Source: a virus. From it: 64,000 nucleotides of DNA. The position numbers and the translations under genes are program-made. The notes below the pieces were generated by a model. It was given only the letters and a program-made list of their open reading frames with translations. It had not been told where the DNA came from and searched no databases. Shown here piece by piece: positions 18,511 through 28,374 of the stretch (within the stretch, counting starts at the first letter, position 1; every line of letters begins with the position of its first letter). The DNA is taken from positions 34,229-98,228 of IMG/VR virus record IMGVR_UViG_3300038393_000909. One strand, written 5' to 3'.

Positions 18511-18984
18511 TCAGAGGAAGGATGAGAGCGGGCCACCCGTGTTGAGGTCGTCGCCGTAGAGCTGCAGGTCGAGCTGGAAGTCGACGCGGTGACCGGTGCC
18601 GTCTGGAGAGATCTTCTGCTCGGCCCGGCTGAGCTTCATGATCACGTACTTGTTTGACGACACAGTACCGGTGACGACCATGCCGTTTGTATTGGTCAGG
18701 GCATTCGTGTACCGGATCAGCGACAGCGGTTTGCCGTCACGGATGGCGAGCTTGATCGCCTCGAGTGTCTTGATGCCGCCGAAGATTTTGGGGTAGACCC
18801 GACCAGCCAGGGTAAGGGTCTGTGCGCCTGGGCCGGTGAACTGCATCGCAGGATCGCGACTGAGCCTCCCTTGAGAGACCCAGCCGCCGGTAAACTCTTC
18901 CTGCAATGTCTCGAACCCGAGGCTATCGCCTCCGAGAGTGGGACTCTCGAAGATGATGTTCCCCAAGCTGATGAGCTGGGACAT
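18511..18984 (-). CDS. tail tube initiator, P2 gpU-like
   Basis: LG...F, W....R....PAMQFTGPG..TLTL.G. Confidence 0.8.
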   Translation of the reverse strand: MSQLISLGNIIFESPTLGGDSLGFETLQEEFTGGWVSQGRLSRDPAMQFTGPGAQTLTLAGRVYPKIFGGIKTLEAIKLAIRDGKPLSLIRYTNALTNTNGMVVTGTVSSNKYVIMKLSRAEQKISPDGTGHRVDFQLDLQLYGDDLNTGGPLSSFL

Positions 18985-18993
18985 GGGGTTTCC

Positions 18994-21900
18994 TTACGCG
19001 TAGTCGAACTCGACGTCGTGAGCACGACGGTTCATCGACTGTTGCAGCGTCTTGTTGAGCGCCTTGGCGTTGGCTTCTGGATCGCTGACCGGGTTCTGCA
19101 TGTGGATGTGCACGTCACCGTGATGGTTGTGCGTGGCACCCATCATCGAGTCACCCATGCGCGAGCCAACGGAATCGGCCAGCGTAGTCGGGGTCGTGAT
19201 CTTCTTCTGCTCCTCGAGCCACGGACGGGTGCCGTTCCACTCGAAGTGCATCGGATCCTTGCGGCCCTTCCAGTCCATGCCCCAGATGAGGCCGTACTTC
19301 TTGGCCAGAGCCCGCACGTTCTCAGGCATGTCGGTGATCGTCGTGCCCAGCGGGTTGTTGCCGGGGTTGAGATCGATCGCATTGCCGTAGGCGTGCTGCG
19401 AGAGCCTTGAGCCGCCCCTGATATTCCGGGGGCTGAAGCCGCCCAGGGACTTGATGTTATAGCCCTGAGCCTCAAGCTCGCGGATGAACCCCTGGAACGA
19501 CGGCAGAGCCGCGTTGTTCACGCGTGTTGCCTTGCCGTTGGCCGCAACGAGCTGACCGAGGTTCTGCCCGACGCCGCCGTACTGTCCGTTCATCAAGTTG
19601 GCGCGGACCGGTCCAGCTGTCGTGTCACCACCAGCGACGCCCGGTTGCCAGCCCTCGCGCTTCTGCATCGCGTCGAGGATCGCGACCCGTTGCTCCGGCG
19701 TCATGTTCTCCATGCGGGTGTTGACGTCGACACCAGCCGCACGAGCGAGTTCCGCCGCGTAGGAATCCGGGTCATTGCCATCACTACCTGGAGCCCAGCG
19801 CGCGATGGCACCCGCCAGGGTCTTGTGCTTGTAGCCTTCCGAGTTGAAGAGCAGGCTCTCCTGAGCCTTACGGCCCACGTCGTATGACGGGAAGACTGCG
19901 AAGCCTTTGTCGTCAGCTCCCGTGGCGCCCATGGAGCGAGCGTAGGCACCGAACTTGATGTTGCCGGGGTTATTGTTTCGCCAGCTGCGGGAGCCGTTGC
20001 CAGAAGCGCCACCGCTACCGCCGCCAAGTCCAAAAGCACGAGCGATACGATTGCCGACACGACCGAAGAACCCTGGGCCGGATCCGTTTGAGCCTGGAGG
20101 ATTATAGCTACTCGGACTAGCCTGGATCGTCGATCCATCTGGACCGGTATTAACGCCCGGCAAGTCATCCTGGACGTTCGATTGGCCCTTCGGCTTGGCA
20201 CCGTGAACGATGCCATCGCCCCTGTAGTAGTAGAGCAGGCCTGTCAGAACCGCGCCTGCGAATGCAGCAACAGCTCCTGCCGAGATCGCGGCGATGCTGA
20301 CAGCAAGCGCGCCATCCGTGATGAGGCTGGCAAGGACACCACCTTCAACAGAACCCGCTAGAGCGCCGCCAGCAGCCTTCGGAACCCAACCGAACATGGT
20401 CGATAGGGTCTTGAACCGATTGGCCAGAAACAGGAACTTGCCGATCTGCCAGAGAAAGCCGCCCGTTCCCGCCAGGATACCCATGATACCAGCCAGTGGG
20501 GCTAGAGCATGGAGCGCGAAGGTAAGCGCCAGGAAGGCGCCCGCTATGAACGCGATCTTCTTCCCATCAATCTTTCCGACGAACAGCTCAAGAACCCACT
20601 TGAACGGGGTGAGTATGGTAGCGGCCCACTTGAACGCAGTGAATACGGCCTTGATACCCTCCGTGAACGCTGTTCCGAGCTGGCGCCACCAGATGATCGT
20701 GCTTCCGTCAAAGTCCTTCGGCTTACCGAACAGGCCCTCAAGAAGCTCACCGAATGTGTCGTAGCCGAGCCCCTTGATGAGACCGCGGGTGAACGCTCGG
20801 AAGTTTTCCTTCAGACTGCCTGCGTTCTTCGCCCACTCAGCCATGAAGTTCGCCAGCGGACCGATGATGTCGTCCTTGAGAACGTCACCAATCTCGTAGA
20901 AGAACTTATGCGTCGACTCGGTGATCTGACCGAGCTTGTACTCGAGGCTCTTCTGGTATTCTTTCTCGAGCTGCTTGCGCAGGTCGCCGTTGTCCTCGCG
21001 TCTGGCGTTCTCCATCGCCTTCTTGAGGATCTCGGGATTGTCGATCAGATTGTTGATCGCCCGCGTATACTGAGGACCGAGGACCTGAGCGATGGCGTAG
21101 TTGCGGTCGTTGATGTCGGCGATGTTTCCGAAGCTCTGAATGAGATTCGTGAACCCCTCGTTGGGGTTCGCCTTCATCGTCGCCTGAAGGTTGGAGTACG
21201 ATCCATACCCGAGCTGGCGCGGGACGCGCAGCCACCGGTCACGCTCGTACGAGAAGTGCTGCCGGCGCTTGTCCTTCTCCTCGACGGCGAGGTCCGAGAG
21301 GTGCTCGCTCGAGAGCTGCAGCATGCGTGACGCCATCGAACCGGACAGACCGGAGGCCGTGAGCGCGGCACCGAGGCCGAGGATGGTGTTGTTGTTCGTA
21401 ATGCCAAGCGAGCGGCCAGCGCCAAGACCGCTCTGCATGAACGCCATCATGCGGTCGGGGGTGGTGCCGATGCCTGAGGTCGAGAGACGCTCCAGGGTGC
21501 CGACGAGGTTGCCGGCCTTCTCCATTGCATCTGGCTGGCCGTGCCACGGGCCGTGGAACTCCTGGGCCAGGGCGTAGCCGACCTGACCGGCGACGTGCTC
21601 CATCTTCTCGCCGAACACCTTGGCGGTGCTGAACATCATCTCGGCGAACGGCTTTGACATCGCGTCCGGGATGCCGTGCGCCATGGCCTCGGCCGCACCA
21701 TCCAGGAGGTGATCAGACGGGGCGCCGAGAGCGACACCGCGATCCATCGCCCAGTTGCGATCCGAGCGCGCGTTACTCTCAGCAGCCGAGACCGAGTAGC
21801 CACGGCTCAGGTAGCGGAACCGAGCGTCCGTCTCAGCGCGATCGAGATGCTCTGCAAGCTCGACAGCCTTGTGACCACCGCGCTCGACGAGTGCAGCACC

Positions 21901-22794
21901 AGCTGTGGCAGCGAAGAGCGGCGACGAGAAGAACGGGTGGGAGAAGCTGCGGATTGCGTGACGGCCGGAGTTGTACGCACCACCGAGCGCCCCGAGCATC
22001 TCCTTAGGCAGGCGCGCGTGCTCCTGACGCAGAGCATTGAAGCGCTTGGCGACGCCTGCGACGAACCGCTGGTTGGCCCGCTCCTGATCCTTCTCTTCCT
22101 CAACAGCACGAGCCCGGTTGATCCGCCGGCCGCGCTCCATGAGGTTGTCCCACCACTTGTGGGATGCCTCCTTCTCGGCGTCCTGCTTCTTCCAGACAGC
22201 CTTGGCGGAATTGAACTGCTGATCGCGCAGGCGGTCCTCGGCTCGGCCCGCTTTCGCCGCGGCCTTGACCCGCTCCTCGATATTGTCGAGACCTGTTTTG
22301 AAAATATCGCTTTCGAACTTGCGCCAGAATTGCTGGGTATGAACCTTCTCATCGGCAAGCTTTCTCTCGGCGAGTCTCAGCTTCTCCTTGGCTTTCAGTT
22401 CATCAGCAGAGATATCGGCCGCCACCTTACGATAGGCATTGGCATCCCTGACGCGAGCAGCTGCAGTCTTCGCACTGCTCTTGGTGAGTTCCTTCTCGCT
22501 ATCGAGATATTTAGAAAGTCTATTTTCCGCTATGCGCCAGCCATCGGAAACGTTGCGTCCGTGCTTGACCGCATCCTTCAGAGACCCAGCTAGAGAATTA
22601 TTTATCTCTCTAAAGCCGGTGTTGAACTTCCTGATGTCGGCAGCTAGGCTGTCTGGAATAAGCTTCTTGGGTCCGTTGCCGAGGTTCTTGAGCTGCTGAC
22701 CGAGCTTGTTGACTTCACCTTGAAGTTCTTTGACGACTTTACTGGCATCGTCTTCCGCGCGTAAGCGGATTGTTGCGTCCATCTCACCAGACAT
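18994..22794 (-). CDS. tape measure protein with C-terminal lysozyme-like and M15 peptidase domains
   Basis: Long helical protein after chaperone; NNNPGNI; SQHAYGNAIDLN...WG..W..DPMHFE. Confidence 0.85.
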   Translation of the reverse strand: MSGEMDATIRLRAEDDASKVVKELQGEVNKLGQQLKNLGNGPKKLIPDSLAADIRKFNTGFREINNSLAGSLKDAVKHGRNVSDGWRIAENRLSKYLDSEKELTKSSAKTAAARVRDANAYRKVAADISADELKAKEKLRLAERKLADEKVHTQQFWRKFESDIFKTGLDNIEERVKAAAKAGRAEDRLRDQQFNSAKAVWKKQDAEKEASHKWWDNLMERGRRINRARAVEEEKDQERANQRFVAGVAKRFNALRQEHARLPKEMLGALGGAYNSGRHAIRSFSHPFFSSPLFAATAGAALVERGGHKAVELAEHLDRAETDARFRYLSRGYSVSAAESNARSDRNWAMDRGVALGAPSDHLLDGAAEAMAHGIPDAMSKPFAEMMFSTAKVFGEKMEHVAGQVGYALAQEFHGPWHGQPDAMEKAGNLVGTLERLSTSGIGTTPDRMMAFMQSGLGAGRSLGITNNNTILGLGAALTASGLSGSMASRMLQLSSEHLSDLAVEEKDKRRQHFSYERDRWLRVPRQLGYGSYSNLQATMKANPNEGFTNLIQSFGNIADINDRNYAIAQVLGPQYTRAINNLIDNPEILKKAMENARREDNGDLRKQLEKEYQKSLEYKLGQITESTHKFFYEIGDVLKDDIIGPLANFMAEWAKNAGSLKENFRAFTRGLIKGLGYDTFGELLEGLFGKPKDFDGSTIIWWRQLGTAFTEGIKAVFTAFKWAATILTPFKWVLELFVGKIDGKKIAFIAGAFLALTFALHALAPLAGIMGILAGTGGFLWQIGKFLFLANRFKTLSTMFGWVPKAAGGALAGSVEGGVLASLITDGALAVSIAAISAGAVAAFAGAVLTGLLYYYRGDGIVHGAKPKGQSNVQDDLPGVNTGPDGSTIQASPSSYNPPGSNGSGPGFFGRVGNRIARAFGLGGGSGGASGNGSRSWRNNNPGNIKFGAYARSMGATGADDKGFAVFPSYDVGRKAQESLLFNSEGYKHKTLAGAIARWAPGSDGNDPDSYAAELARAAGVDVNTRMENMTPEQRVAILDAMQKREGWQPGVAGGDTTAGPVRANLMNGQYGGVGQNLGQLVAANGKATRVNNAALPSFQGFIRELEAQGYNIKSLGGFSPRNIRGGSRLSQHAYGNAIDLNPGNNPLGTTITDMPENVRALAKKYGLIWGMDWKGRKDPMHFEWNGTRPWLEEQKKITTPTTLADSVGSRMGDSMMGATHNHHGDVHIHMQNPVSDPEANAKALNKTLQQSMNRRAHDVEFDYA

Positions 22795-22817
22795 CGCGCG
22801 CCCTCAAGGTGAAGCCC

Positions 22818-22994
22818 TTAGTGTTGTTGCGGATTGTTCTTGCGTTCGTTCAGCTCCTTGACCGCATCCGCGAAGAGCCAGAACTCATCGACCTCCAGAT
22901 CCCAGATCTCGGAGGGAGGCCACTTCAGGCACTCGGCGATGAGGAACGTGTCGGTCAGGATTCCTGAGAGGCGGGGAGCATGAGTTTCAAAAAA
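22818..22994 (-). CDS. -1 frameshift extension of chaperone (gpE'-like)
   Basis: TTTTTTG slippery site 22994-22988; -1 frame encodes ...CLKWPPSEIWDLEVDEF... to TAA at 22818. Confidence 0.8.
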   Translation of the reverse strand, partial: FFETHAPRLSGILTDTFLIAECLKWPPSEIWDLEVDEFWLFADAVKELNERKNNPQQH

Positions 22995-23230
22995 TCCTCA
23001 GCCCATGCCTTCATCGGGATGAAGTCCTCGAAGTCGATCTGGGACACGACCAGGGGGTCGATCTGCATCAGGTCGGCGAGCATGTTCTCCATCGCCTGGA
23101 CGCTGTCCTTGTCGACGCCCTTGATGAACTTGCGCACGTCGAGCACCTTGGGGCGACGCGCAGTGAATTCCTTGTACTCCTTGCCCCGGAACTCGAACGG
23201 GTACTGGAGAACGAAAACCTTGTCAGCCAT
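22955..23230 (-). CDS. tail assembly chaperone (gpE-like)
   Basis: L.YP.....RRPKV.D; between tube and TMP. Confidence 0.8.
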   Translation of the reverse strand: MADKVFVLQYPFEFRGKEYKEFTARRPKVLDVRKFIKGVDKDSVQAMENMLADLMQIDPLVVSQIDFEDFIPMKAWAEDFLKLMLPASQES

Positions 23231-23242
23231 AGTTATTCACAC

Positions 23243-23262
23243 CGTTTGTTTTAATTGGAAGG
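23243..23262. promoter_or_regulatory. degenerate 20-bp palindromic site
   Basis: CGTTTGTTTTAATTGGAAGG before tail chaperone. Confidence 0.5.
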
Positions 23263-23311
23263 GATGCCCAGCCAGGGGTCAGACCGAGGCTGGGCGTTGA
23301 GGGTCAGGCGA

Positions 23312-23890
23312 TTAGGCGCGAAGCGGCGCGGCCTGCGAGACCGTGTTGGTCGTCGAGGCGTTGGTCGCGATGTTCAGGGCGCGGCGGGCGCCGGCCGTGT
23401 TGTCGACGTTGCCGGTGAAGCGCTTGCCGAACGCGTCGATCGCCACCACGGGGGTGCCACCGACCGTGTGGACGTACTTGTAGACCGACATCTTGACGGT
23501 CTGCTTCGGGGGCTTGCCCGGCGCGACCTGATCGGTCTTCACCGAAGTGATGCCGCCCCACACGTCGATCTCGACCGTCGCCTCGGCGCCGTTGGCGGTG
23601 AAGGTGTAGCCGTAGAACTGCAGGTTAGTGTTCATCGAGTTGGCGTCGTAGCCAACCGCCGCCCAGGTATCGTCATCCCAGGACAGGAGGTCGAAGGACA
23701 GTTCCATCTTCTCCAGACCCACCGGGATCTGGACGGCCATGTCCATGCCGCCGCCACGGAACTCTTCCGTCTGGACGTTCAACTCGGGGAGCTGGATGTT
23801 CGCGACCGTACCGATCTTGCCGACACCGTTGAGGAAGACAACGAAGTCCTGCAGAATCGAAGCGTCGCGCAGGTTACCGTAATTTGCCAC
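23312..23890 (-). CDS. major tail tube protein (P2 FII-like)
   Basis: LPEL....EEFRGGGMD....GLEKME. Confidence 0.9.
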   Translation of the reverse strand: MANYGNLRDASILQDFVVFLNGVGKIGTVANIQLPELNVQTEEFRGGGMDMAVQIPVGLEKMELSFDLLSWDDDTWAAVGYDANSMNTNLQFYGYTFTANGAEATVEIDVWGGITSVKTDQVAPGKPPKQTVKMSVYKYVHTVGGTPVVAIDAFGKRFTGNVDNTAGARRALNIATNASTTNTVSQAAPLRA

Positions 23891-23972
23891 TGTGTAAATC
23901 TCCACGCGGAACGAGAGAAGCCGCGCAAGGTCAGGCGACCCAGGCGGCTTCCGTTGTGCTGACGATCAGCGA

Positions 23973-25415
23973 TTAGGTGCTCGAGGCGAGCGTCGTCAGG
24001 GACGCGAATTCCTCGATGAAGTCGTTGTAGTAGTTGATGTTCCGGCGGGTGCGGAAGATCATGTGCTCGATCGAGGCCGGCGGCTCGAGGTCGTAGTCGA
24101 TCGTCAGCTGGCCGGTCGAGAAGGTCGCCGGGGTGTTGACCGACGGGTCGACCCAGCAACGGCCACCGATGAGCGCGCCGCGGGCGACGAGGAGATCGAT
24201 GTAATCCTGGACCGAGGACTGGATGTTCTTCAGCAGCGGGATCGAGAACGGCTTGTCCATCGCCTCGACCTCGGCGGCCTCGACGGCCTCGTAGATCATG
24301 TCGGCGGTGCGGCGGACCGAGAGCTGGGCCCACAGCGGATCGGAACCGGTGCCGCGCAGGCCCCAGAACTTGTAGCCGTTGTTATGGATCACCGGGGTGA
24401 TCTGGTTCTGGTTGAGGAGGTTGGCCTCGCAGTTCGGGTCGTTCGGCATCCAGTCGATCGGGCGGGCAGCGCCACCGATGTTCTGGATCAGACGGTTCGA
24501 GAACGAGTACCAGAAGCCGAACTGGTCATCGACGCGGGCCTGGAGGCCGGCAGCGTAGGCGGAGGCCGGACGGGTCACGTAGCTCGAGCTGGTCGTGTCC
24601 CACTTCAGGACGCCGGGATCGAGGAAGGCGAGGCGCTGCGAGCCGTAGTCACTGCGGGCCGCGATTGCCGCGTCGTAGTCCGTGCCGGGGCCGTCGATGA
24701 ATGCCACCGCGCGCAGGCGGTCGACGATCGAGGACAGGGCCATGCCGACCGGGTTAGCCGCGTAGCCGACGACAGCCTCAGCGGTCGCGCCCGTGCCGGC
24801 GCCCGTGATGGTCACGGTCGGGGTGCCGGTGTAGCCGAAGCCGGGATCGGTCACGACGATCGCCGAGACCTTGCCGCCGACGATGGTGGCGATACCCTGC
24901 GCCTGACGACCGCCGTCAGCGGGAGCGCTGAAGGTCACGGTCGTGGTGGCGTCGACGTAGCCGGTGCCCTGATCCGTGACGTGCGCGGAGGCCACGGCGT
25001 TGGCCGGGCGATCCGAGGTCAGGCCGGGGGCGATGAGCAGCTTGGGCACGACGCCGAGCAGCGGCCGGGCGTTGAGCAGCGACCACAGGCCGGTCTTGCC
25101 GACGCTGGAGCCGACCGTGTTCGACCACGTCTCGGCGGCGGTGTCACCCTCGGCGACGCGGGTGACGACCACCACGGAGGCCTGCTGCGAGTAGATGCCG
25201 TCGATGGCATCGAGCAGGGTACCGTCGGTCTTCAGGCTCGCGGCCTTCAGGGTGTTGGCGAACACCGCGACCGGGGTATTCAGCGGGAAGACGGCCGGGT
25301 CGGCGTTCGGGGCGGTGCCCACGAGGCCGATGACGTTCGACTTGCCCGTGGTGACCGGACCGGCGCCGTCGTTCAGTTCGACGGTCTCAAGACCGTGGAG
25401 GTAATTCACGCTCAC
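23973..25415 (-). CDS. tail sheath protein (P2 FI-like)
   Basis: YLHG.E, VIGLVGTAP, PLNTPV, W.S.SN, FWG.R, VRRTAD. Confidence 0.93.
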   Translation of the reverse strand: MSVNYLHGLETVELNDGAGPVTTGKSNVIGLVGTAPNADPAVFPLNTPVAVFANTLKAASLKTDGTLLDAIDGIYSQQASVVVVTRVAEGDTAAETWSNTVGSSVGKTGLWSLLNARPLLGVVPKLLIAPGLTSDRPANAVASAHVTDQGTGYVDATTTVTFSAPADGGRQAQGIATIVGGKVSAIVVTDPGFGYTGTPTVTITGAGTGATAEAVVGYAANPVGMALSSIVDRLRAVAFIDGPGTDYDAAIAARSDYGSQRLAFLDPGVLKWDTTSSSYVTRPASAYAAGLQARVDDQFGFWYSFSNRLIQNIGGAARPIDWMPNDPNCEANLLNQNQITPVIHNNGYKFWGLRGTGSDPLWAQLSVRRTADMIYEAVEAAEVEAMDKPFSIPLLKNIQSSVQDYIDLLVARGALIGGRCWVDPSVNTPATFSTGQLTIDYDLEPPASIEHMIFRTRRNINYYNDFIEEFASLTTLASST

Positions 25416-25429
25416 GTGTTTGTTCCTGC

Positions 25430-25463
25430 AAACGAAAAGAGCCGCCCCGGTTGAGAAGCGGCT
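25430..25463 (-). terminator. intrinsic terminator upstream of sheath gene
   Basis: AGCCGCTTC-loop-GGGGCGGCT followed by CTTTTCGTTT. Confidence 0.6.
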
Positions 25464-25479
25464 GCGGGAAGGCGGTGGC

Positions 25480-25499
25480 TGTTCGAATTAATTCGAACG
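25480..25499. promoter_or_regulatory. 20-bp palindromic site
   Basis: TGTTCGAATTAATTCGAACG before sheath. Confidence 0.75.
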
Positions 25500-25500
25500 A

Positions 25501-25998
25501 TCAGACGAGCTGAGACGCGGCGGTCCAGAGCGCCTTCATCTGGTCCTCGGTGCGAGGCGGGCTCAGCGCGGCGGCGAGCGCCATCGTCAGGGGGTTGGAG
25601 AAGTTGAAGGTGGTTGCACCAGCCAGGAGCATCTTGGCATTGAACTGATCACTGGCTGGAAGCTCGGCGATCACGCTCTCGAGCTTCGCAGGGATAGCAC
25701 CGGTCTGGACGGCGGCGAGCGCCTCGTCCTGGGTGATGTCGCCCTCGATCGCCAGCTGCTGGAAGAACTGCCGGTCCGAGATCGTCTCCGGTACCGGCGC
25801 GGGCGGCGCAACGTAGTCCGCGATCACAGCCTTGCCGGAAGCGACGAGCGCGAACAGCGCATCGTGTTCCTTGTTGCCGGGCGCCATGCCGACGAAGAAC
25901 TCGACCGGGCCTGAGAAATTGCCGAGCACGTCGCCGGCCTCAAGGATGACCTTGACCTGCGTGTGCGCGGCGTCTGTGTATTGGGCTTGCATGGTCAT
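25501..25998 (-). CDS. tail fibre assembly/chaperone-like protein
   Basis: I.DY..PP..VP..ISDRQFFQQLA; follows fibre genes. Confidence 0.6.
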   Translation of the reverse strand: MTMQAQYTDAAHTQVKVILEAGDVLGNFSGPVEFFVGMAPGNKEHDALFALVASGKAVIADYVAPPAPVPETISDRQFFQQLAIEGDITQDEALAAVQTGAIPAKLESVIAELPASDQFNAKMLLAGATTFNFSNPLTMALAAALSPPRTEDQMKALWTAASQLV

Positions 25999-26001
25999 AG
26001 G

Positions 26002-27063
26002 TTACATTCTCGCGTTGAAGCCGTAGAGGTAGCCCACGCCGCCTATATCTCCTGCCCCGTTCGAGCTGAGAACGAAGCGGACATAAGTATTAGACGACGT
26101 TCCTACCGGTTGTGGATAGCCGCTTGCATTGCCGAACTGCGTTCCGGCCGCAACCAGCGCGGTGGAAGGAGCGACACGCATCTGCACGGGCGCGTACATC
26201 GGGGTCTCCATGACCTGACTACCGCCCGATGCGCTCCACCGAGCGTTGCCATAAACCAGGGCATAATACCGCTGGCACAACCGCAGCTCATCGTCGTACC
26301 GCCGCGCGAGCAGCGGCAGCATGCTCTGCGAGATCGGGATGACGCCGGGGAACATGACCGCGCCCGAGATCACCACGTTGTTGCCGACCGTGGCGGCGAG
26401 GTTGGTCACGTCGGAGCCGGCGAGGATGTTGCTGCCGGACCAGACGCCGGCCGTGCCTTGGTAGGTCGCGCCCACGCCGAAGCACCAACGAACCTGCATA
26501 GACAGGGCATTGGTCGTCAGCAGCGACTGCGCTGTGTCGCCGGGGATCGTCAGGTATACGAACTGGTCCGTATTGGCAGACGCCGTAAATCGGGCCGCGT
26601 AACTGCGGACAACCGCTGGCGTGCTGTTGACGATGGTCAGCCCAACATACCCGGTGATCGTGATGCTCGGCCTGATCATGAACGCCAGCGTCACCGTCTT
26701 GGCATTAGCGCTCCCGTAGGCCAGACGGGCTAGGTTGGTCCCTTCAAGGGGCTGCACGATCTGGATATTGTCGCCAGCGCCCAACGTGGCTTCTGCGGTT
26801 GTGATGGCGAGTTTCAGGCCGTTGGGAATGTCGGGCTGGCTCGGAAACGGGCTTTGGACCTGCTGGAAGGTGGCGGCCCATGAACCGGCGCCAGAGATCT
26901 GCCACTGATCCGTTGCATATGCGCCGGACGACGGGGCTACCGCCGTCGCCGTCGTCCCGTACTGCTGCGAGACGTTGTGAAAGCCGTTGATCAGGAGGCT
27001 GTGCCCCTGCATCGCGGACAGGTCAGCGCCCTGAAGCAGGGCCTGTTCTAAGGAACGGGTCAT
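26002..27063 (-). CDS. tail fibre/receptor-binding protein, CQRY family paralog 3
   Basis: LING..NVSQ, DQW, Q.LEG, ELRLCQRYY, MRVAP. Confidence 0.75.
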   Translation of the reverse strand: MTRSLEQALLQGADLSAMQGHSLLINGFHNVSQQYGTTATAVAPSSGAYATDQWQISGAGSWAATFQQVQSPFPSQPDIPNGLKLAITTAEATLGAGDNIQIVQPLEGTNLARLAYGSANAKTVTLAFMIRPSITITGYVGLTIVNSTPAVVRSYAARFTASANTDQFVYLTIPGDTAQSLLTTNALSMQVRWCFGVGATYQGTAGVWSGSNILAGSDVTNLAATVGNNVVISGAVMFPGVIPISQSMLPLLARRYDDELRLCQRYYALVYGNARWSASGGSQVMETPMYAPVQMRVAPSTALVAAGTQFGNASGYPQPVGTSSNTYVRFVLSSNGAGDIGGVGYLYGFNARM

Positions 27064-27066
27064 GGT

Positions 27067-28371
27067 TCAGAGCCTCGCGTTGGCAGCAAAGATACCGAAG
27101 GCGTAACAAGTAGTGTTGGCCGCGTTCGCTTGTATAGTAGAATTGAAGCCGTCTGCGTAGTTGACGCTACTATCGACGTAGATATTGCCGGCGACGTTAC
27201 TATTGGTCACAGGGGAAACGAGCGAAACACTCGGGGCAACTCGCTTTGTGGCCTTGTAACAGACGCGGCTACTGTAGAAGCCGCCCACGCCCCCAGTAGT
27301 GGCAACAACGCCCGCGCCGATCTGCTCATAGTACCGCTGGCACTTCAGCAGATCTTCGGCGTAGCTTCCCAACTCAAACGGCGGGATCACGCCGCTCTGC
27401 AGCCCGGTCACGTCGTAGAGCCCGACGTCGAACAGGTCGAACGTGGCGCCGTTGGTCGCCATGAGGTTGGTGCACGAAGCAGTGGCGATAACCGCCCCGG
27501 CCTGCCAGCCAGCAACGCCTTGCACGCCACTGCCCGCGCACAGGGTGACATAGACCGACAGGCCGCGGCCGTTGGAGCTATCCCAAGTTCCAGTCTGGTC
27601 GGCTTGAAGGGTTACGGACTTAATGACGTCCTGGCCGACTTCGCCTTGAGCAATCGTGACACTGCCAACCCACGAACGGGTCCCGACACCGTTCAGGACG
27701 GCCACGCCGAAAGTGCCGGCTACGCTGGATCGGCAACCGAGCCGGATAGCGACTGTCCGAGGCGTGATGGTGCCAAGCCGCAGATCTGCGATATCGACAC
27801 CTTCAATCATCGTCTGGAACACGAGCTGATCTGTCGTGCCAGGGCTGGCGTTCGCCGCGGTGACGGTCATGCGCAGGCGGTACGGCGAACCGCCTGGGGT
27901 CTGGACCGCTACCCGCTGCGCCGTAGCCCCACCCGTGGCACCCTGCCGATACGCAAGGAAGCCGTCACTCGGGAACTGCGGTGACCCGCTCGCCAGCGTC
28001 AGCAGGTTGTTGCCGTTCTCCTGCGACACCCGCATGCCGGGGTCGATGATCCGGTTGCGGCGCTTCGTGTAGAGCGCGTCCGCTTGGCTCATCGTGTACG
28101 TATTCGCGGGGCTGAACGGCGCCTGCGCGAGGATCTGTACTTCGTCGTCGCTCGACAAAGCCCTGTTGAACACGATGGTCGAGCCATCGGTTGCCGTGTA
28201 GTTCGGCGGCGAAACCAGTCCGCTGTTGAGGAACACGTCGACCATGCCCGGCGTGTAGCCGAGCGGGTAGCCGTTGGCGTCCGGTCCCGAGAACGTGGTC
28301 TGCCCTGCGGACGCGACAAAGCGGTTGAGGCTCCGCTGGCCGAGGCCGGGAGCCTGTCCGATATACGACAT
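27067..28371 (-). CDS. tail fibre/receptor-binding protein, CQRY family paralog 2
   Basis: MSYIG, RNRII.PGM.VSQ, Q.IEG, DLLKCQRYY, KRVAP. Confidence 0.75.
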   Translation of the reverse strand: MSYIGQAPGLGQRSLNRFVASAGQTTFSGPDANGYPLGYTPGMVDVFLNSGLVSPPNYTATDGSTIVFNRALSSDDEVQILAQAPFSPANTYTMSQADALYTKRRNRIIDPGMRVSQENGNNLLTLASGSPQFPSDGFLAYRQGATGGATAQRVAVQTPGGSPYRLRMTVTAANASPGTTDQLVFQTMIEGVDIADLRLGTITPRTVAIRLGCRSSVAGTFGVAVLNGVGTRSWVGSVTIAQGEVGQDVIKSVTLQADQTGTWDSSNGRGLSVYVTLCAGSGVQGVAGWQAGAVIATASCTNLMATNGATFDLFDVGLYDVTGLQSGVIPPFELGSYAEDLLKCQRYYEQIGAGVVATTGGVGGFYSSRVCYKATKRVAPSVSLVSPVTNSNVAGNIYVDSSVNYADGFNSTIQANAANTTCYAFGIFAANARL

Positions 28372-28374
28372 GGA

